Below, piece after piece: positions 8,699-16,699 of a stretch of DNA of 32,000 nt. A program made the translations under genes and the position numbers. This stretch comes from Candidatus Saccharimonadota bacterium (GTDB lineage: Bacteria; Patescibacteriota; Saccharimonadia; Saccharimonadales; UBA4665). How positions within the stretch are numbered: the stretch's first letter is position 1; each line of letters starts with the position of its first letter. The notes beneath the pieces were generated by a model. The model made no database searches. It was not told the DNA's origin and worked only from the letters and a program-made list of their open reading frames with translations. The stretch spans positions 540,001 to 572,000 of the forward strand of contig OY970350.1 of NCBI GenBank assembly GCA_963718045.1, written 5' to 3'.

Positions 8699-9987
8699 AG
8701 ATGAAGCTCCGAAAGTTCTGCAATTCCCCTTTGACAGAGATCGATGCCGTCGGATAAAGAATAAGCTGTAGGCAGATCCATAGCTATAAGGTCACGCTCA
8801 TGGACACCACGCCTAATAAAACTTCTAACAGCTGGCTCAACTGATTTGCTAGCCAGCCACTTCTGTAATCTTGCATTACTGCCGGGAGAGATATAGGTTG
8901 TAGTATCGTTAACCCCAGATGCAACAAAGGAAGCACGACGAACGACGCAACCAAAGCATACGCCGCACTGTTGAGTTGGAGAAATTCCAAGATAGCGTTG
9001 GCCAGTATGTGCGCAAGAATTAGTAGAACTCAGTAATGCAGAAGCAGGGCCAGCTCCTACAAGTTCAGCAACCTCCTTGAACATTTCACCTTTTGTATTG
9101 CGCGCGAAAGGATTTTCTACCACATTATGAGCGCCTACATTTTGTAATACCTTAGTAAGTCGATCCAAAAAAGCTGGGTGTGTTGTCCGTGTAGATACGC
9201 TGCCACGCCGTTCGGGCCCTAAAGGTGGATTGAGTGAAGCGAAGCCATTCTCAGGAATCCAGAGTGGTACCTCGTCAAGTGAGGCTAACGCAAGTCCCAA
9301 AGCCAAAAACAGTAGTGAGCGCGTTCTACTAGTTGGTTCTGCTGGGAAGTATGTTCCATCTGCTCGCAGTTGATTACGTGACAGATGAATTTGGACATGC
9401 CTCTGTGTTGTTCCGGGAATCAGCCGCTCGATTGTCTGAGCAATTGATCTTTGAAGAGGCGCAAGCGCAGGGACGCTGTAGTGTGAGAGCAGCACATGTT
9501 GTTCATTGCCTGTGAGCATGGAACGCGATAAAAGAGCCCCGGCTGCTGAGTCTGCCCCGCCACTAAGTAAGACTACTCTCTTTGGTGATGGAGTTGGTTT
9601 TGGTGATGGTGGAGTGACGGGGGCTTGCTCCTCATTGAACTGAAGTGTCCAGCTATCACCAGATAGAAAACCAATAGTTGATTCCAGGTCGTTGGCTACT
9701 GACCTCCAGCGAGCTGCATCTGAAACTGGTATTTCAAGCTGAATTTGGCGTTGATTCCAGTTAGAGCCTCCTCTAGCACGAACAACGGAGCGGTCTGCGG
9801 CGTATACAGCTACTGCTACCCTAACAAAATCAATACTTAGTTTTGGAACGGGGCCAAAACCAACCAAATTAGGATCAATCCTGGTAGTAAAACTAGATGG
9901 ACCATCCATAAGCCAATAGAATGAAGACTTGGCCTCTTCTGGAGTTATTGTGGATGGCGCATTTAGCCGCAAAGTGAACGATTCCAC
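8695..9987 (-). CDS. qatC: QatC, QueC-like PP-loop ATPase
   Basis: PP-loop VVLLSGGADSAAGA (SGGxDS) and a C-terminal Cys cluster, CAHTG...CGVCFGCVVR, as in QueC. GTG start; 4-nt overlap with qatD. Confidence 0.8.
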   Translation of the reverse strand: MESFTLRLNAPSTITPEEAKSSFYWLMDGPSSFTTRIDPNLVGFGPVPKLSIDFVRVAVAVYAADRSVVRARGGSNWNQRQIQLEIPVSDAARWRSVANDLESTIGFLSGDSWTLQFNEEQAPVTPPSPKPTPSPKRVVLLSGGADSAAGALLSRSMLTGNEQHVLLSHYSVPALAPLQRSIAQTIERLIPGTTQRHVQIHLSRNQLRADGTYFPAEPTSRTRSLLFLALGLALASLDEVPLWIPENGFASLNPPLGPERRGSVSTRTTHPAFLDRLTKVLQNVGAHNVVENPFARNTKGEMFKEVAELVGAGPASALLSSTNSCAHTGQRYLGISPTQQCGVCFGCVVRRASFVASGVNDTTTYISPGSNARLQKWLASKSVEPAVRSFIRRGVHERDLIAMDLPTAYSLSDGIDLCQRGIAELSELHL

Positions 9988-10793
9988 TATGCTCCCCCCT
10001 CAAGAATGTCATGAAGCGTTTCAATGCCGCCCTCTATTGCTTGTGCAAATTCAGCTTCAGTAACACCGCCTACGGAAAGAGTTGCTTGAGCTGCTAACGC
10101 TTCTGCCGCATCACGGACTTCACTTTCTGCAAGCATCGCATAATCACTGTTGTTGATGACTTCGCCAGCTTCACTAAGAATGGCATCGGCGATAATTGAC
10201 GCTATTGTATGTCGCACTATTTCTTCGGGGGAGGGGTTTGCGCCATCAGTCTGTTCGCTAAGTATCCACTCAGCAACATCTGCCGCTACTAGTCGTTGCT
10301 CGTAATCTTCAATGGTACTATCAGCTTGGGCACAAGCAGCCTCCACAATCTGTCGAGCAATTTCATTCTGGTCACCAAGCGAACTAAGCACATCATAGTC
10401 GAGCCCAAGTCGCTCTAGAGTAGCAGTATCACCATTATTGTAAGCGTATGCGGCGGCGGCGGCTCGCCCTGCTGTGGTAGCTGAGCGGCTAACGCTGCGA
10501 TTTGGACCTCCTGTTGATCGCCATTTTCTGGTAGTCGAAGTGGCTCCGCTCGCTGCACCACCTCCACCACCTGATGATTGACGAGACCGAGAATAGATAA
10601 GCCCCACAATCGGTAGTAATTTTTGAGGATCAAGATGAGGCATAGCCTGTTCGCCTTGAGGCTGATCAACCCCAGGAACTGGCCCCTGTTGTTGGTCTGA
10701 TGCAGGAAGGGATGTAATCCAATCTCCAACACCGTCCCTTACGTCACTCCCAAGCTTGCCACCACTTCCTGAGTAAGAACCACTAGTTCCCAT
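9987..10793 (-). CDS. qatB: QatB, Gly/Ser/Ala-rich protein of the Qat system
   Basis: It lies between the KAP ATPase and the QueC-like gene and overlaps both. It has no enzymatic motif. The N-terminus is MGTSGSYSGSGGKLGS and there is a low-complexity G/A/S/R tract. The assignment rests on operon position. Confidence 0.65.
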   Translation of the reverse strand: MGTSGSYSGSGGKLGSDVRDGVGDWITSLPASDQQQGPVPGVDQPQGEQAMPHLDPQKLLPIVGLIYSRSRQSSGGGGGAASGATSTTRKWRSTGGPNRSVSRSATTAGRAAAAAYAYNNGDTATLERLGLDYDVLSSLGDQNEIARQIVEAACAQADSTIEDYEQRLVAADVAEWILSEQTDGANPSPEEIVRHTIASIIADAILSEAGEVINNSDYAMLAESEVRDAAEALAAQATLSVGGVTEAEFAQAIEGGIETLHDILEGGA

Positions 10794-12669
10794 TGGAAGT
10801 TCTCCGTGGGTTTAAAACACTATCGATGGCGTTTTTTATAAGTTGATTACTAGCCAAATTCTTCCACTCGTTCAAGACTGCAAGAATTTCGGCGTGGTCA
10901 TCTCTCGTAAATAACAAAGGAGTGCCGATTGTGACGTCATCTGGAGGAAGCATTAATAATGCTTTTTTAGCCACTTCCACAGATGTTGTCAGTCGGCGGC
11001 CTATGCGTAAGATTGCAGTAACACCAGTTTTTTGGTTGCGTGGCTGATCACGGATTACACGACCGATATGTAAAAGTAGCGCTTCTGCTTCTAAAGACGA
11101 TAGAGCGTCAATATCTCCATCGCTTACAGCCTGACGATCAGCGCGAGAAGTCGATAGCAAGTTAGCGGCAATATCTCTCAAACGCTCAGGTAAGCTTTCA
11201 TCGAGAAGGGTGACCCCAGAAAAAGAAGCTGCCAGATGTAGATAAGGTGCAAGGTCAACGTTATCTAGTTGAGGTGGTAGTTTAGCCCAGCGCAGAAGAG
11301 TTTCGCTGAAGTCACCATTTGCGTCGCTAGGCTCCGTTGCAGTCGCTTCATCTCCTCCTTCTGATGCACTCTGTTCACTAGATTCACCTGTTTCGGCTGG
11401 CCGTCCGGCCGCTATTTCAAGCTTTGTAATTTGATCACGCATTGTTCCCTGCGCAAGCCAGCCAAGCACCTTTGTAAAATCCTCTGGTAATAAAGATTCA
11501 AGAACCATCAACTTCGCTATTACTGCGGTATCCAGCTCAATACCGCGTCTCTCTGCAATCGTCTGACGTACACGCAGATCATTAAGGAAACGCTTAATAC
11601 GACGAGGGTTACCATGAAGTTTCTCATAGAGAATTGGCGTCAAGCGGCTCGCAAAAGCAAGCTGGTCATTTATGTCTAAACCTTCTATCGGTGTAAGATC
11701 ATCAAGTCCTCCACCAGAACGGCGCAAGTCAGTACACTGGCTTATCAACTGGTTAAGTTTATCTTCGTCAACACCTGGCTGTAATTGCAGCAGGAGAAGA
11801 AATGCTTGCGTGTCAAAACGACTAAGAGTGGGCAGCGGAATTGTGGTTTGCACAATCTTATGAAGATAAAGTTTAGCTGGTTCTTCAGCGCCATTATTAG
11901 TAGTCTGGCCAGAACTAGTGCCCGAAAAGCGTGTGCGTATTGCATCCGCTACACGATCTTCATCGGCAGCAATAACGAAGGACATTTTGGGCACGGCCAA
12001 AAATAGTCGTATAGCCTCTAAGGTTTCAATGACTGTCTCAGGGAGACAGCGATCGAGGTCGTCTACCAACACGGCTACCGCTTGCACATGAGCCAGTGCC
12101 TCAGATGCCATTAACTCACGAAATTCAGATCGAAAAGCCTCAAGACCGCGGGCTTTGCCTTCTCCGGCTTCTCCTTCTGCTGGTTTAATCAAATCCACAA
12201 TGTCATTAATTGAAGGTAGCTGAAAAGCAAGTGACGTTTTTGCGGTGAGCTTTATTGCTTTGGCCCAGTCTATGCGCTTAGCAAGACGCGTTACTAGCTG
12301 CTTGGCCTTGTCCTTTGCACCTGCGACTGTTGTCTCAGAATCCTCTACTTCTACTGCGAGTGCCTCCAGTACCTCACCAATAAGGCTTTCTTTGGCTCCG
12401 GTTGTCGGATCATAACGCCATGGCTCAGTTTTAATTACCAGTACCTTCTTGCCGCTTTCAGCACGTTGACCTAGTTCCTGTTCTACAAGTCCGAGTACAG
12501 TAGTCTTTCCGCTTCCCCAAGGACCTGATAGTCCCAAAGCTATTGGATCAAGTAGCGGATCAAGAAGAGCATCTGCAATGGTTGCAGCCACAGCATCAAA
12601 CGACAGTAGATCCGTAGGAGCTGGATCGTCGGACCATAAAGCAAGAACCGGCGCTGCACCGTTAGTCAT
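10783..12669 (-). CDS. qatA: QatA, KAP-family P-loop NTPase
   Basis: Walker A GPWGSGKTT and a KAP-type Walker B, VLVDDLDRC. The 628-aa size fits. A GAGG SD lies 8 nt upstream of the ATG. Confidence 0.85.
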   Translation of the reverse strand: MTNGAAPVLALWSDDPAPTDLLSFDAVAATIADALLDPLLDPIALGLSGPWGSGKTTVLGLVEQELGQRAESGKKVLVIKTEPWRYDPTTGAKESLIGEVLEALAVEVEDSETTVAGAKDKAKQLVTRLAKRIDWAKAIKLTAKTSLAFQLPSINDIVDLIKPAEGEAGEGKARGLEAFRSEFRELMASEALAHVQAVAVLVDDLDRCLPETVIETLEAIRLFLAVPKMSFVIAADEDRVADAIRTRFSGTSSGQTTNNGAEEPAKLYLHKIVQTTIPLPTLSRFDTQAFLLLLQLQPGVDEDKLNQLISQCTDLRRSGGGLDDLTPIEGLDINDQLAFASRLTPILYEKLHGNPRRIKRFLNDLRVRQTIAERRGIELDTAVIAKLMVLESLLPEDFTKVLGWLAQGTMRDQITKLEIAAGRPAETGESSEQSASEGGDEATATEPSDANGDFSETLLRWAKLPPQLDNVDLAPYLHLAASFSGVTLLDESLPERLRDIAANLLSTSRADRQAVSDGDIDALSSLEAEALLLHIGRVIRDQPRNQKTGVTAILRIGRRLTTSVEVAKKALLMLPPDDVTIGTPLLFTRDDHAEILAVLNEWKNLASNQLIKNAIDSVLNPRRTSNGN

Positions 12670-12810
12670 AATTCACGCCTCTGAGTCATGAGTATGTCAT
12701 TAAAATAAGTCTCCATGCCTATTATTATACAACTACTTACGTTAGATGACGCTCATCGCTAGACGTCGCACAATAACTATTCTACGTCAACAGCTAACAG
12801 GGGTCAGGGT

Positions 12811-12839
12811 TATTTATTGACCAGAAAGTGCTTTGTCAA
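12811..12839 (-). promoter_or_regulatory. Candidate sigma70-type promoter upstream of the qat operon
   Basis: The minus strand reads TTGACA (12834-12839), a 17-nt spacer, then TAAATA (12811-12816). It is embedded between 11-bp inverted repeats CTAACAGGGGT (12794-12804) and ACCCCTGTTAG (12860-12870). A second -10-like TATAAT lies nearer the gene at about 12735. Confidence 0.4.
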
Positions 12840-13067
12840 GTGCGATACAGTTTTATCCCACCCCTGTTAGAAATCATATTACAACACATTAGGTTTTTGT
12901 CTATTTATTCGTCTTTCAGGCAGTCTAAATACTTCAATTCATAAAAAATGATATGGGGGTACACTCGGATTTTCATGAAATCACATGACACAAAAAAGTG
13001 AACGTAGTGAGACGTAACTATACTTGTACGGGTGTGAGATAAAAATTCTTACCAAATTTTTTTTAGT

Positions 13068-13583
13068 TCACCCGTTTTTCATCATCCTATTTTTCATTTC
13101 CCTATTCCATCTAAGTACCAACATCGAATACTTCATAAATTTAATAGGTTTTTCAGAGAAGACATTATAATGCTCCAAGATTGTTTTTGCTCTGATTCCT
13201 TCATTTGTTTTAACTGTCCATTCTTGTCCTTCAAGCTGATAACGAAGCTGCAAGGTTTTAAGTATGTAGTCTCTAAACGACTTATTCTCGTCCATTGTTC
13301 CGTAAGCCCAAACTTTCGCCACACTCTTAACCTTTAGTGCAGTTTGTGCCTCAAGCATGCTGTAATTAGTTGTCGTATCGGGCAATATGTAGGCCAATAC
13401 AGCGACCGCTAACGCCATGCTAGGTTGTTCCCAGTTAGTAAACTCATCTGCGTATATAGGAGCCTTGATGGCTTCTTCATAGATATGTATTAAATAACTA
13501 AGCATAGTAAGCCTTGCCAACGGATAGGAATCTTTATAAAACATATCTCTTTTGTCGTTTGCTGATACTCTGAATAATGCCAC
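13068..13583 (-). CDS. Hypothetical protein (171 aa, predicted all-helical)
   Basis: GTG start preceded by a perfect AGGAGG SD with a 5-nt spacer. I recognise no motif securely. LTMLSYLIHIY...EFTNWEQP weakly resembles Panacea/SocA-like (DUF4065) antitoxin domains; this is speculative. Confidence 0.6.
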   Translation of the reverse strand: MALFRVSANDKRDMFYKDSYPLARLTMLSYLIHIYEEAIKAPIYADEFTNWEQPSMALAVAVLAYILPDTTTNYSMLEAQTALKVKSVAKVWAYGTMDENKSFRDYILKTLQLRYQLEGQEWTVKTNEGIRAKTILEHYNVFSEKPIKFMKYSMLVLRWNREMKNRMMKNG

Positions 13584-13589
13584 AATAAC

Positions 13590-13720
13590 CTCCTAATTAA
13601 TTAGTTGTCGACGGCATTAAAAAGACCGCCGTCGGGTGATGGCCGAAGCCACCCATAAACCTTTCGGAATATGACTGCTGAAAACAGAGCCCAACGACGG
13701 ACTTTATGTTTTCAGCAGAT
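13590..13720 (-). promoter_or_regulatory. Structured 5' leader / possible cis-regulatory RNA upstream of the 171-aa gene
   Basis: Three consecutive hairpins. The first pairs 13609-13615 with 13628-13634 (7 bp). The second is GGGTG...CACCC with an inner GGC-UUCG-GCC tetraloop on the minus strand (13634-13654). The third pairs 13675-13686 with 13707-13718 (12 bp). The loop of the 12-bp hairpin repeats the CGACGG arm of the first hairpin, which allows alternative pairing. Confidence 0.45.
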
Positions 13721-14043
13721 TTTTGACCATGCCCGCTAAATAGCAAGTTTAGGTCGTAAGCCGAAAAATCGACTTATGACATAAATTATAGCCTATTTAA
13801 ATACACAACGGCGTTTAATAGCTGATCTCCGATACTAACAACGTAGCTATCGGTGATACTCAAGAAGTTAAATAGTAACAAAAGCAAACAAATAGAGATA
13901 AAGATAGCATGAAATAGCATGGCATTTAACTGTAGACATTAGAGCTAAAATGAACCTTTTTATGGGTTTTTCTGTACTTAGACGAACGCGTCTACAAAAT
14001 TTCTGCATTGTGGTTTGCTATAAGCTAAGGGAGAATACTATCA

Positions 14044-14790
14044 ATGGGAAGTCAAGTTGATGAAGAATGTTATAGGCTGGTTCTCCGTAAGCTAAAGCGA
14101 CTTATGGTGGACGGATCGTTTGTTGCCAGTGAAGTCCGATATATATACAACTGGGATGAAACTAAAAGCATTAAAATTAATCTAGAGAACGTACGCAAAG
14201 AAGATGCCGCGCTACGCTACTTTGAACAAATAAAACTTGTTCACGCTACCCGTTTTGATAATGTATTTAAAAAAGAAGGTGGTAAAGTGTGGGGCAAGTC
14301 TTGGAGCAAGGTCGAACCTGCATATAGAGAGTATGAATGGGTTGTAGAGCTCTACGCTGTAGATAATGACAAATTTGAAGCAGAGCTAAAGAAGTTTAAT
14401 CTTGAAGATACCGGCATGGAACTTATAGACCCCACCCCTGCTCTTAAACTTTCGCTTATCCAGGGGCAATTTGGAAAATTTACTGCGCACAAAGATGGCT
14501 CTATACGCTATCAGAAGAAGATCATTGAGCTAAAACCAGAGCTAAAACGCCTTGTTCATGCTTTGATACTGGAAAAAGGTGGGATTCTACAATATAACCA
14601 GATTGTTGATGCACTTTGGAATGAAGAACTTGGTACTCAAGCCTACCTTGAGAACCAACAACGTGAGACTGCTCAAATTAAAAGACGCATTAGTAATATA
14701 GTAAGTGAAGCTAACAGCGCTCTTTTTGGTTACGGTAATACGAAGCATTTGTTACACGCAGGTGAAACCAGCTATAAACTAGTCCCTTAA
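14044..14790 (+). CDS. DNA-binding protein with a C-terminal OmpR/PhoB-type winged-helix domain
   Basis: The C-terminus LKPELKRLVHALILEKGGILQYNQIVDALWNEE...IKRRISNIVSEAN...GETSYKLV follows the trans_reg_C pattern. I do not recognise the N-terminal 150 aa. Confidence 0.6.
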   Translation: MGSQVDEECYRLVLRKLKRLMVDGSFVASEVRYIYNWDETKSIKINLENVRKEDAALRYFEQIKLVHATRFDNVFKKEGGKVWGKSWSKVEPAYREYEWVVELYAVDNDKFEAELKKFNLEDTGMELIDPTPALKLSLIQGQFGKFTAHKDGSIRYQKKIIELKPELKRLVHALILEKGGILQYNQIVDALWNEELGTQAYLENQQRETAQIKRRISNIVSEANSALFGYGNTKHLLHAGETSYKLVP

Positions 14791-14834
14791 CATCCTGCGG
14801 ACATATACGGGATAACCATGCATAAAGTGTGGTT

Positions 14835-14978
14835 ATGGCAGAAAATATCGCTCAGAAACGAAGGGATGACGCTCTTGAGTTAGCGTATCTGATTTATGAT
14901 ATTTTCAAAGAAGAAACCGAAAAGGATGATAAAATTATAGATGGACAAAACAATGCACAAGAAACCGAAAATAGTTAA
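14835..14978 (+). CDS. Small hypothetical ORF (47 aa, acidic)
   Basis: Own translation: MAENIAQKRRDDALELAYLIYDIFKEETEKDDKIIDGQNNAQETENS. It is below the ORF-track length cutoff and fills the gap between the wHTH gene and the recombinase. There is no clear SD. Confidence 0.3.
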   Translation: MAENIAQKRRDDALELAYLIYDIFKEETEKDDKIIDGQNNAQETENS

Positions 14979-14993
14979 TTTATTAATATTAGT

Positions 14994-15038
14994 GGGAGCT
15001 TCTTTAGGCCTTGCATTGGCCTTGTCCAGGAAGCTCCC
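14994..15038 (+). promoter_or_regulatory. Strong GC-rich stem-loop immediately upstream of serine recombinase 1
   Basis: GGGAGCTTC (14994-15002) pairs perfectly with GAAGCTCCC (15030-15038). There is an inner AGGCC/GGCCT helix. The structure sits 12 nt upstream of the AAGGAG SD of the recombinase gene. Confidence 0.5.
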
Positions 15039-15061
15039 TCTTATATTAGTAAGGAGTAATT

Positions 15062-16606
15062 ATGCCTAAACAAATACTTGCTATTGCTAACTTTCGCGTT
15101 TCAAGTGATGAACAACTCTTGAGTAATAGTTTGGCACGACAGGAGCAGTCAGTACGGAAGGCTGCTGATGATTTGGGTGTAGTTATTACTAGGTTTTGGT
15201 CTGGAAGTGTTTCAAGCAAAAAAGGGTCAAACGTAGATAGAAGAGACTTGGAAGAAATGCTTACAGAGTGTAGGCGAAATCAAAATATTAAATATGCTAT
15301 CTTTGATGAGCTTGATAGGTTTATGCGTTCCATGCTTGAGATTGGTTACTTTTTCATTGAGTTCAAGAAGTTAGGTGTACAGATTAAATTTGCATCCCAG
15401 CCAAACCTAAAAACTGATACTGCTGCCGATACCCTGCTATTGATGCTTGAGGCGTTTAAAGCTGAGGGGAGTAATGAGGAGAGGCAAAGGAAGTCCATAG
15501 CAGGACAGACTACCGCGCTACAACAGGGGCGGTATCCTTTTTCACCAAAGCCAGGCTATAAACGTGGTACGGATGTTGGAGTACAAGAGCTGCACCCAAT
15601 TAAAGGTCCGATTCTACGCGCAGCTCTTCTAAAAATTGCTACACATAAAACCACTCCCACTCAGGCGCTCATTGAGCTGAATAAAAGCGATTTTGTTATA
15701 GGTCACTCCCTCTATAAAATGGACAAATTCCGCAAGATTATTACAGACCCTTTCTACGCTGGGATTGTTGAGATACATAAACAAGTCCAAGTTAGGAATG
15801 AAAACGGCCTACACGAAGCCCTGATAAGCAAAGAGCAACACCTTGAGTTGTTACGCATTATGGATAACAAGAAAAAAGTACAATCAGGGCCACGCAAGAA
15901 CGGTAATCCAAAGTACCCAGTTTCTAATTTAGTGAGTTGTAGCGAATGTACCGATAAAACAAACGGCAGGTTTGTAGGCTACGACCACGGAAATGGTAAG
16001 AATCCTGCTCTTGTATATGAAAAATACCGTTGTCGAGCCTGTAAACGGTATCTTACACGCCAAGAATTACACCCTAAAATCGAGAAGCAGTTTAAGGACA
16101 ATCCATTTAATGAGTACGGGGTTAACGACTTGATTAAAGCTCTGGATATAGTTTGGAAGCAAAAGGAAGGACAAGCAGAACAAGAAACGGCCCGCACTAG
16201 CTTTAAGATAAAAAGCATTAATGAAACCATTAGTAATCAAGCAATCGCTGCCATAGATCCAAGTAATGCCGTTATTAGGCAAGAAATACTCGCTAACATC
16301 ACCAAGAGGAAACAAGAAGTTGTAGAACTAGAAGATCAGCTATCAAAGCTCAAGTACAAGTCAGATAATGACAGGGAGCGATTCTTGAAGTTTGCCTTCA
16401 TTTTTGTAGAGAACATGGGGAGCAGGTTTTTAGAAATATCACCCCAAAACAGATTGAGGTGTAAACAGATAGTTTTTCCAGCTGGTTTTTACTTAGATAC
16501 AAATAATAAAGTTTACACCCCCGAAATAAGCTACCTTATCAGATTGGCAGCAAATAAAAAGGACACCGAAGTGTCCATAAATTCCCACTTGGTGCAGGAT
16601 AGTTGA
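15062..16606 (+). CDS. Large serine recombinase (integrase)
   Basis: The N-terminal resolvase domain has the catalytic-Ser context AIANFRVSSDEQ. There is a recombinase domain, a Cys-rich zinc ribbon (CSEC...CRACKR) and a C-terminal coiled coil. Confidence 0.9.
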   Translation: MPKQILAIANFRVSSDEQLLSNSLARQEQSVRKAADDLGVVITRFWSGSVSSKKGSNVDRRDLEEMLTECRRNQNIKYAIFDELDRFMRSMLEIGYFFIEFKKLGVQIKFASQPNLKTDTAADTLLLMLEAFKAEGSNEERQRKSIAGQTTALQQGRYPFSPKPGYKRGTDVGVQELHPIKGPILRAALLKIATHKTTPTQALIELNKSDFVIGHSLYKMDKFRKIITDPFYAGIVEIHKQVQVRNENGLHEALISKEQHLELLRIMDNKKKVQSGPRKNGNPKYPVSNLVSCSECTDKTNGRFVGYDHGNGKNPALVYEKYRCRACKRYLTRQELHPKIEKQFKDNPFNEYGVNDLIKALDIVWKQKEGQAEQETARTSFKIKSINETISNQAIAAIDPSNAVIRQEILANITKRKQEVVELEDQLSKLKYKSDNDRERFLKFAFIFVENMGSRFLEISPQNRLRCKQIVFPAGFYLDTNNKVYTPEISYLIRLAANKKDTEVSINSHLVQDS

Positions 16607-16624
16607 CGCATTACAAACATCAGC
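16599..16624 (+). repeat. Imperfect direct repeat, copy A (ATAGTTGAC-N6-CAAACATCAGC)
   Basis: Shares a 9-mer and an 11-mer in the same order and orientation with 22485-22507. It overlaps the stop codon of recombinase 1. Confidence 0.6.
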
Positions 16625-16699
16625 AATAGAGGCCAATGATGATTATAAGCTCAAACACTTGGCTGAACAATTCAATCTATCGGGCAGTCTGCTAAATAG

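Noticed and set aside
8077-12006. Track ORFs lying inside the qat genes (8077-8316, 8297-8635, 8784-8990, 9333-9515, 10415-10732, 11672-11863, 11745-11945, 11785-12006), either same-strand alternative-frame or antisense
   Set aside because: All lie entirely inside long ORFs with clear catalytic motifs. They have odd composition (Cys/Arg/Leu-rich or low complexity) and no ribosome-binding sites. They are typical shadow ORFs of a more GC-rich region.
13590-13720. Retron msr/msd-like ncRNA
   Set aside because: No reverse transcriptase gene occurs anywhere in the window, and there is no flanking a1/a2 inverted-repeat arrangement.
13068-13790. Type III toxin-antitoxin (ToxIN/AbiQ-like) interpretation: a 171-aa protein preceded by structured RNA
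   Set aside because: The size matches ToxN, but the upstream RNA has no tandem direct repeats, no terminator lies between RNA and gene, and the protein shows none of the ToxN/AbiQ sequence features I know.
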